A stretch of DNA of 32,000 nt from NCBI RefSeq assembly GCF_000018105.1, contig NC_009929.1, positions 30,001 to 62,000 of the forward strand, in the 5' to 3' direction. Below are positions 25,916 through 32,000 of the stretch, one piece after another (the stretch's first letter is position 1; the number at the start of each line of letters is the position of its first letter). The stretch comes from Acaryochloris marina MBIC11017. GTDB taxonomy: Bacteria > Cyanobacteriota > Cyanobacteriia > Thermosynechococcales > Thermosynechococcaceae. Position numbers and translations under genes: made by a program. A model generated the notes under the pieces. That model searched no databases and was not told the origin of the DNA. It worked only from the letters and a program-made list of their open reading frames with translations.

Positions 25916-27049
25916 ATGAATTTTTCTCAGGGTGCAATATTGCATCTCAACATTGATACTGGGTCATCATCAACCCGTGGATTTTTCTTGGCTGACTTTG
26001 ATGGAGGAACCTATGAGGGATTTATCCATCAACCTCCTAACGTTGGCTTCTTGATGCAGAGCAACTATGAAAACGATAAGAGGAGAAGTACAACCAAAAC
26101 GTCACGGGTGACCTTCAGGCAGGGTAGTGATTGGGTCTTCCGCATTGTGGGCGAGATACCAGGCCATGCCGGGACGAAGACTGACCCAAACATGAGTAAG
26201 GCCGATCTGCTGGTCCCCAAGGTGCTTGCTTTCGTAGGTTTGGCCCTGGATCGAGTCCCAGAGCTATCCCCAGATCGGGTCAAGCTCGTCATCAACTTTA
26301 TGCTACCGATCAGTGAGTGGACTGAGTATGCAGACTTGGAGAGTGACCTCCTCTCATGTCTGCTGGGTGGGTTTGGGTACAACGGTCGCCATATTGATTT
26401 TGCAGCTGTAGATGCCAAGGGGTATATGGAGGGGGCAGGGATGGCAACGATACCCCCACCGGATATCACAGCTTATGTCGGAGTCTGCGGTCATAAGGAT
26501 GCCAACTTTATTGCCGTGGAGGATGGCCGACCACTGGCTTACCCGAAGTCCAAAACCTTTGAAGGGTTGGGGATGTCTTCGATAGTGAATTCAGTGATGC
26601 ACTTTACGGATGATGTGCAGGGGGCAAAAGCCGTCTTCCGGTTTCTGGCATTGATGGATAAACCCAACAAGCAGGACCAGGCCAGAAAAGAATTAGCCGC
26701 ACTCATCAAGCCCCACCGCTTAGAGCAGAAATTGACTCAGACAAGGGAAGGGTTCAACAAAAACTGGGGTGAGATTAAGCAACGTATTGATAGCGACCGG
26801 GGGATAAAGCAGGCCCAAGCGTTTTACTTGGTGGGTGGGAATGCCCCCATCTACAAAAGCCGATTCAAGGCCCTGTTTGGTAGTGCGTTTAAACCCCTCA
26901 ATGGGGCTATCAAGCAGCTATCGGATGAGTTTGAAGAGATTAATACCCAGTGGGCCTATAGAGCCATCGATGTTTGGATGTTGCATCTACACGTAACCGG
27001 GCGCACCTGGACACCCAAAGGAGTAAAAGAATATGTCGGAGCAAAGTAG
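25916..27049 (+). CDS. Actin-like segregation ATPase (ParM/StbA family candidate)
   Basis: 377-aa ORF with a phosphate-1-like motif LNIDTGSSSTRG and an adenosine-like motif YLVGGNAPIY. Iterons lie upstream and a small acidic-tailed protein is encoded downstream. Confidence 0.5.
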   Translation: MNFSQGAILHLNIDTGSSSTRGFFLADFDGGTYEGFIHQPPNVGFLMQSNYENDKRRSTTKTSRVTFRQGSDWVFRIVGEIPGHAGTKTDPNMSKADLLVPKVLAFVGLALDRVPELSPDRVKLVINFMLPISEWTEYADLESDLLSCLLGGFGYNGRHIDFAAVDAKGYMEGAGMATIPPPDITAYVGVCGHKDANFIAVEDGRPLAYPKSKTFEGLGMSSIVNSVMHFTDDVQGAKAVFRFLALMDKPNKQDQARKELAALIKPHRLEQKLTQTREGFNKNWGEIKQRIDSDRGIKQAQAFYLVGGNAPIYKSRFKALFGSAFKPLNGAIKQLSDEFEEINTQWAYRAIDVWMLHLHVTGRTWTPKGVKEYVGAK

Positions 27050-27401
27050 AACAAATATTAGGATTCGGCGGCAACCAATAGTAGGTTCCAGAGAAGCCCT
27101 TGTGATGAAATCTGCTAGAGCTTTTTACGGGGGGAAGTTCAGTGAAAAAGCTGGGCTGGTGTTAGTGGATGTATTTGAGCCGTTGCACATTGCTATGACC
27201 ACTGGTTCTGAGCAGGAAGTAAAAGATGCGATTGCCCACTCATTGGATGAAATACGAGGTTGGCACCGAGAAGCCCTGAACCAATGCCAAAAAAATGGGT
27301 ATGTTTCTGCTAGCCAGGTGGTGCAAGCAACAACCTCTGCTGATATGTCCCCTCAAAATTGTGACCCAGACGAAGATGAACCTGAATTGGAGTTTGACTA
27401 G
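27033..27401 (+). CDS. Small DNA-binding adaptor candidate (ParR-like) with an acidic C-terminal tail
   Basis: 122-aa ORF overlapping the ParM-like stop by 17 nt. It has a basic N-terminus and a C-terminus DPDEDEPELEFD. The call rests on position in the operon. Confidence 0.4.
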   Translation: MSEQSRTNIRIRRQPIVGSREALVMKSARAFYGGKFSEKAGLVLVDVFEPLHIAMTTGSEQEVKDAIAHSLDEIRGWHREALNQCQKNGYVSASQVVQATTSADMSPQNCDPDEDEPELEFD

Positions 27402-27404
27402 AAA

Positions 27405-27953
27405 ATGAGTAATCAAAGTTTTAGCAAGACCCTCAAGACCCTACAGATCAGCAAAGAAGACCTCATTGAACTTCGCGGTATCTGTGGGCTAGGAGAGATA
27501 GAGGAATTCTCTGAATCAGATATTGAGATGTTGAAGGAGGTGGTGCAGCACAAGCAAAGCGGAGCAATCACCTATACCGAAGCATGGCAGCAAATGCAGG
27601 CAGAGGTGGTGCCCGTTGAAGCTGAGCCAGTTGCTGAAAAATTAGATGGCACAGACCATATCTTGGAACGCGCCGAGAAAATCGCGGATGAGGATGGGGA
27701 ACGGGTACTACGGTCTCTGGATGGATATGGCGATGACTTGCAAACCGATGTTACGGGAGCTTACATGAATCGACTCAATCACCTCTTTCAAAATGCCCGT
27801 GTGCAGAAAGCAGTCGTGGAGGAACCAGACGAGTTAGCAAAAAAGCCTGGGCCGTTCACCTCCAGGCTAAGAGAGCGGCTAGCAGCTCAAGCCAAACAAA
27901 CAGCACTACCAGCTTCGACGACCTCATCTACCGAGACATCGCCCACCGAATGA
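27405..27953 (+). CDS. Hypothetical protein
   Basis: 182-aa ORF, tightly packed after the previous gene and overlapping the next gene's start (ATGA). Confidence 0.5.
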   Translation: MSNQSFSKTLKTLQISKEDLIELRGICGLGEIEEFSESDIEMLKEVVQHKQSGAITYTEAWQQMQAEVVPVEAEPVAEKLDGTDHILERAEKIADEDGERVLRSLDGYGDDLQTDVTGAYMNRLNHLFQNARVQKAVVEEPDELAKKPGPFTSRLRERLAAQAKQTALPASTTSSTETSPTE

Positions 27954-28237
27954 GAGCGATTGCCCAAGAAGAGGTATTTATCATCCAAGCCAGGGAGTTG
28001 AAGCTTCAGGGGCATGAGCGAACGATCAACAAAATTAACCGGGGTCTATCCCTGATGGCGAACTCGTCGGCAATCCTTGTCCTCTTGGTTGTGTTCCTAG
28101 CTGGCTCTGGCCTGATCGTGGGAGTGAACCTCCCCAAGTACGCCATCTGCGACAACCAACTCAATCCTTGCTGGTGGCTGCGGTTCGGGGGTTCGGAGCG
28201 CAAGGTGCTGACCAATGACAAGGCCGCAGGTTTGTGA
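27950..28237 (+). CDS. Small membrane protein
   Basis: 95-aa ORF with one TM helix (AILVLLVVFLAGSGLIVGV). A long palindrome follows. Confidence 0.45.
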   Translation: MRAIAQEEVFIIQARELKLQGHERTINKINRGLSLMANSSAILVLLVVFLAGSGLIVGVNLPKYAICDNQLNPCWWLRFGGSERKVLTNDKAAGL

Positions 28238-28242
28238 GTGTT

Positions 28243-28292
28243 TTGGTATTGGAGTTGCGGGATACAAATTGCGATCGCAACTCCAATACCAA
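28243..28292. terminator. 17-bp-arm palindrome containing HIP1 (GCGATCGC); terminator-like
   Basis: TTGGTATTGGAGTTGCG (28243-28259) pairs with CGCAACTCCAATACCAA (28276-28292). HIP1 lies at 28271-28278. The palindrome starts 6 nt after the 27950-28237 stop. Confidence 0.5.
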
Positions 28293-28729
28293 GCCCTGAT
28301 ATCACACCTAAAAAATACAGCTGTACATTGCATGGATAAATGACGCAGAGTAACAATTACTGTCGCAAGGTTATCAAGCTTGTATCCCTTCTCAGGCAAT
28401 TCTACTAGGCTTTAGAGACGTATTCCCGTTCCAGGGTGGGCTTGTATAGTTAGGTGTCATTTTTTTACTGCGTACTGTCTGTCTCTGCACAGCTATGTCT
28501 GGAATTCTCACAAACTTTTACCAGATTCAGCCACACACCAATCACAGATGAAATTACAGCAAATTCAGTAAAACTACACTCTGAATATTGATTGAGCTTC
28601 AATGATACTGGTAGGGAAGATAACGACCCCGTTCACCTGCCGCAGATAACCTCGAACTGCAACCGACAATCTTTCAACGGTCGGTGTGCAACGGGATTGT
28701 TATGCTAATGGTCTCAGGACAAATAAGGA

Positions 28730-28829
28730 TGAACCGCTGAGGACTCGAACCTCAATCACCCCCTTCGTCAAGGCACTACTCAGAATACACTGATGGAGGA
28801 GGGTGCTTTACCGATTAAGCTAGCAGCTC
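28730..28829 (-). tRNA. tRNA-like gene with canonical acceptor, D and T arms but a 35-nt anticodon loop (CU-CCA...ACG-AA); possibly a pseudo-tRNA or a tRNA-derived regulatory RNA
   Basis: Read on the minus strand. The acceptor stem GAGCTGC pairs with GCGGTTC (2 G-U pairs) and the discriminator is A. U8 and A9 are present. The D arm is GCTT-AATCGGTA-AAGC. The anticodon stem is CCCTC/GGGGG, the variable loop is TGAT, and the T arm is TGAGG-TTCGAGT-CCTCA. The loop between the anticodon stem halves is CTCCATCAGTGTATTCTGAGTAGTGCCTTGACGAA, which is 35 nt rather than 7. No CCA is encoded. Confidence 0.55.
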
Positions 28830-29651
28830 GGATTGAATCATCCGTATAATTGGACTGGACTCTAGTTTATCTAAGCCATAAAGTTTCCGCAAGAGTGTTT
28901 CAAGACAATTCTTTACTCGGTCTGGATTACACTTGAGTTGTTTTAGCTTCTGAAGCGATAACGGAGAGTTCTCAGATTGAATGATTTTGAATACAGTATC
29001 AGCAAGCTGGCGATCTGAAGGTCTACTAGCTTGACATAGCTTGAAAGCAAGCTGTTTGACAACACGAGTAAATAGAATAAAATCATCAAACGACATATCC
29101 GAATATTTATTCGGGGCATTTAATTTACCGTAACTGCTGTGCGCTTTAACTTCTTCTTGAAGATGCAAAACTTTGGAATCTATTTTTGATACATCAATGT
29201 CAACATGAACAAATCGATTTCGCACCATTCTATAGTGATCAAATAATTCAACTTCTAAAGAACCAACAAGTCTTTTTGCTGCTTGATAATCTTGACAAAT
29301 ATTCTTGAGAATGCTTTTGAGCAGATCATCTTTTTTCTCATATCGCCAATCCGTTGAGAGAGGATGCTCATCTCGAAAACCTTCTAAGAATTCTTCTGCC
29401 TGTGCATAAACACTAATAATATAGAGTTGTGAGATATGGCTCCTCAGAAAGGGCATCTCAGAATCATCCACTCTAATACTATGTTTGGCTGATAATTCCT
29501 GAATATACTGATGAGCGCTTGTTGCTCTTGAGGAATTCACAATGAACTCTCGGATAGAAAGCTCAGTACATTCAACTATTGCATCAGACTTCCCTAAAGT
29601 CTTTTTGAGGCGTAACGTACAAGGCAGTCGAAATGAAGTTGGATTTGACAC
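28815..29651 (-). CDS. HEPN-domain protein (predicted RNase; Abi-like or RiboL-PSP-like)
   Basis: 278-aa ORF, AT-rich relative to the backbone. It has the HEPN Rx4H motif in typical form, YRMVRNRFVH. Its last 4 codons and stop lie inside the tRNA-like gene. Confidence 0.65.
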   Translation of the reverse strand: MSNPTSFRLPCTLRLKKTLGKSDAIVECTELSIREFIVNSSRATSAHQYIQELSAKHSIRVDDSEMPFLRSHISQLYIISVYAQAEEFLEGFRDEHPLSTDWRYEKKDDLLKSILKNICQDYQAAKRLVGSLEVELFDHYRMVRNRFVHVDIDVSKIDSKVLHLQEEVKAHSSYGKLNAPNKYSDMSFDDFILFTRVVKQLAFKLCQASRPSDRQLADTVFKIIQSENSPLSLQKLKQLKCNPDRVKNCLETLLRKLYGLDKLESSPIIRMIQSELLA

Positions 29652-30167
29652 GAGTACTTTATGGCATGAATTTTCTGTACTACTATTCCTGAAATCAGCA
29701 TAACTATAGTTATACGACAGACTGACGCATAACTCCCCTATGCAGAATATTAGATGTCAAGTGTCGTCTAACACCCCTGATTTGGACAGAAAAGCGACAC
29801 GATGTCGTCTAACACTCCTATGTAAGACCCTATTACGTCAAGCTTTCAACAATAGCTCTTTGAATGCTGAGAATTTGTATGGGTGTTTTTGGACACTAAG
29901 TGTGCAAAACGGAAAATAGCTGTGCAATGTACATGTGTGTAGAAGTTGTTTATATTGCACAGCCCACACTCACTTGTTGTGTGTAATCCGCCCGCTAGGA
30001 CCGGAGCATCCAAGGTATTGCCAGTCATTTAAAGCTAGAAAAAACGAACAAGTTTTGTAACTCTGATGAGCTTTCAGTCGGTCTTTTGCGATCGCAACTA
30101 CGATACCAATCATCTGAAGAAATATTTGAGATTTATTTGTTCCGAGAGCTAAGAAATCTGGGGAGAG

Positions 30168-30503
30168 TTGTTACTAGAAGCACTGGAAAAGTTGCTCAAC
30201 GACTTAAATCAATCTAGAGGACAACTCATGAATCCATCTCAGACTTCAAACCTAGCCACAGAAAAAAAACCTCAAGGGATGAGACTGAGGGACAGATTGA
30301 TTTTATTTGGATTGCAAGAGGGTTACTACGACGTGTCTTCGCTGACCGCTTTCTATAACCTCAATCGTCCCAGCATGACGGCTCAGTATGGAGAGCAAAT
30401 TCCCGGAGAGCGGTATTGCTATCGAATCACTGAACTGGGGATTATCTGGTGCCAGATTTGGCGTTCGAAACCTCTGATACCCATCCCCAGAACTTACACC
30501 TGA
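30168..30503 (+). CDS. Hypothetical protein (start uncertain; TTG at 30168 or ATG at 30228)
   Basis: 111-aa ORF with no recognisable motif. Confidence 0.35.
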   Translation: MLLEALEKLLNDLNQSRGQLMNPSQTSNLATEKKPQGMRLRDRLILFGLQEGYYDVSSLTAFYNLNRPSMTAQYGEQIPGERYCYRITELGIIWCQIWRSKPLIPIPRTYT

Positions 30504-30526
30504 AACTACTTTATGGAGGTTATCTA

Positions 30527-30637
30527 ATGAAAGGCTGTCTGATAGTTCTTCTGATCCTGATTACCCCCTTACTGCTCCTCGCAGGCCCCATCGGTTGGGT
30601 CTTAGGGATTATCGCTTGGATTTTGCTCCTGAAGTGA
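30527..30637 (+). CDS. 36-aa hydrophobic peptide (MKGCLIVLLILITPLLLLAGPIGWVLGIIAWILLLK)
   Basis: The ATG is preceded by a strong Shine-Dalgarno, GGAGG, with its last G 8 nt upstream. The peptide is almost entirely one or two TM segments. The 62-aa track ORF (30449) shares the frame, but its start has no RBS. Confidence 0.45.
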   Translation: MKGCLIVLLILITPLLLLAGPIGWVLGIIAWILLLK

Positions 30638-30730
30638 GGTGCTAGATTTTTTAGTTTTGCACCAATTCCGACTTCACACCTGAAATCACCCCACTTTTCA
30701 GATTCCATCTGGAAACTGAACTCTTAAGCT

Positions 30731-30904
30731 ATGACCGACAACCCGCCAGAACCAACTGAGGTTAACCCTTCCGGGCAGACTGCTAGCCCCACAGAGAAGC
30801 GGGTTCTGGAGGCATTTGCAGGCATGATGCGGAGTTGCGATCGTATCCGCGATACCGTCCGAACGACCAGAGAGCGAGTAAATAAGGAAACGACAAATTT
30901 ATAG
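30731..30904 (+). CDS. 57-aa hypothetical protein
   Basis: An ATG-initiated ORF below the track's length cut-off (MTDNPPEPTEVNPSGQTASPTEKRVLEAFAGMMRSCDRIRDTVRTTRERVNKETTNL), translated by hand. Confidence 0.3.
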   Translation: MTDNPPEPTEVNPSGQTASPTEKRVLEAFAGMMRSCDRIRDTVRTTRERVNKETTNL

Positions 30905-31041
30905 ATTCTCTAAGGAATCTGTATTACCTAATCATTTCAGTCTCCGCGTGGAATCTGAGTTACCTAGCCCATAGAGTGCCAACTTACTAATTTTCAGAAT
31001 CCACAGAGATTCTGTATTACTTAACTGCTGGAGTAAAAACT

Positions 31042-32000
31042 ATGACTGCAACAAAAGACGAAACACTGACCATTGTTCCTGGCTGGAGCGAGGATAATTC
31101 GAGCGATACCCCAGACGCATTGAAGGCATTCCTAGACACCAAGCCGATTAATCGCAGTACCTATATCTCTGCCCCTGGATATTCGTTTGATTTGGAAGTC
31201 CATCACTGGGGTGATCGTTTTACGATTACAGCTCGAATGGGCGAGGATGCCTGGAACATTTACAGCTCCCACACTTTTGACTTCAGCGACCAGGAAAGCT
31301 CTACAGATAGTTGGTATCGATCAGATGATATTCAGATGACTCCACAGCATTACGAAGCTGTGACCAAGCTTATTGGCGATATTGGCATTGAAGGGCCAAC
31401 TATACCTACAGAGTTGAGCGGCTGGGTGAGTCAGGACCGAAGTGAGTCAAGGCATTTAAATTTTCGGTTCGAGGATAAAGGGAACAGGCATTACCTGGGA
31501 CTCGACCTGGTTAGGCATGGCGACCCAGATAAGATTGACAGACTGATTCGTGATCATCGTTTTGATGAGCTGGTTGCTCTGGCAACTGGTGAGACAAATG
31601 CCCACCTGAATTATCCCCACCATGCAAATTTAACCAATTTGAGTCCTCGACAGATTGAGGATTTCATTCTAGCTGAGGCTGCTTGCTTAGCCCCAGAGTA
31701 TGAGCTAGAGCCTCACCAGATGCAAAATATCCTCCAAGACATGTCAGCTTCAGTACTGAACTCTCGGGGATACAAGCCAGACTATGGGTATCAGATTGCA
31801 GCAGGTAATTCAGTCGAGCCTCGGACTAATGACTTCAGATCATCGGTTACGTGCAGGGGGGAGTGGGCACTGGAATTTAATTGGGAAGATGACTATCACT
31901 CGATGCCACTTGGTGGTGAACCGGGTGATACCTTCCAATCAGACGAGGATCGGGCCGCAGTCGTCACGGATTATGGGAACCTGGGCGCGATTGAGAAGAT
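31042..32000 (+). CDS. Hypothetical protein, 5' part (continues beyond the window)
   Basis: The ATG at 31042 is preceded by GGAG (31030-31033). Hand translation of frame 1 gives 319 codons open to the window end. The ORF is absent from the track only because it has no stop. Confidence 0.6.
   Translation, partial: MTATKDETLTIVPGWSEDNSSDTPDALKAFLDTKPINRSTYISAPGYSFDLEVHHWGDRFTITARMGEDAWNIYSSHTFDFSDQESSTDSWYRSDDIQMTPQHYEAVTKLIGDIGIEGPTIPTELSGWVSQDRSESRHLNFRFEDKGNRHYLGLDLVRHGDPDKIDRLIRDHRFDELVALATGETNAHLNYPHHANLTNLSPRQIEDFILAEAACLAPEYELEPHQMQNILQDMSASVLNSRGYKPDYGYQIAAGNSVEPRTNDFRSSVTCRGEWALEFNWEDDYHSMPLGGEPGDTFQSDEDRAAVVTDYGNLGAIEK

Noticed and set aside
28322-29933. A third Tn7-like element bounded by inverted TGTACATTGCA
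   Set aside because: Only 11 bp of inverted repeat are present, and the 5-bp flanks differ (ACAGC against TGTGT). It is reported as an open observation rather than called as a feature.
30449-30526. N-terminal extension of the 62-aa track ORF
   Set aside because: It overlaps the end of ORF 30168-30503 and has no RBS. The internal ATG at 30527 has a strong GGAGG and yields a coherent hydrophobic peptide.

Overview
This window looks like part of a conjugative plasmid or ICE from a cyanobacterium. Supporting signs are HIP1 GCGATCGC palindromes, an NB-ARC/kinesin-light-chain-type TPR protein, and a Cas12k-type tracrRNA-like sequence. The backbone has four parts. (1) A translationally coupled T4SS-like operon at 3-4903, with TrbJ/VirB5-, TrbL/VirB6-, VirB8- and VirB10-like candidates. 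(2) A second transfer operon at 11387-16977, with a lysozyme-like plus NlpC/P60-CHAP cell-wall hydrolase and a VirD4/TraG coupling protein. (3) A MOBF (TrwC-like) relaxase-helicase-Toprim fusion on the minus strand (21138-25172), with a candidate oriT upstream. (4) A ParM/ParR-like partition module preceded by TGGCTAT iterons. An IS21-family element (16975-19515, istA frameshifted) interrupts the backbone. The most interesting part is the accessory region between the two transfer operons. Two tandem, non-autonomous Tn7-like elements lie there, at 6085-9254 and 9266-11310. Each has TGT...ACA termini, multiple subterminal AATTAGNTGCAC sites and a perfect 5-bp target-site duplication (AAAAG and TTTCA). 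Element A carries an NLR-like STAND gene (shared N-terminal helical module, then NB-ARC, then 7 near-identical TPR units) that is split by one in-frame TGA. Element B carries a gene with the same N-terminal module fused to a different C-terminal domain, plus a type V-K (Cas12k) tracrRNA-like sequence and a 2-repeat mini CRISPR array. No cas12k, tnsB, tnsC or tniQ is present anywhere in the window. A second AT-rich islet (about 28.3-30.1 kb) carries a HEPN (RNxxxH) protein whose last codons overlap a tRNA-like gene with a 35-nt anticodon loop. A conserved box, AATTCTGGGTAATGTT, precedes four backbone operons. All functional calls rest on motif reading by eye. No database search was possible.
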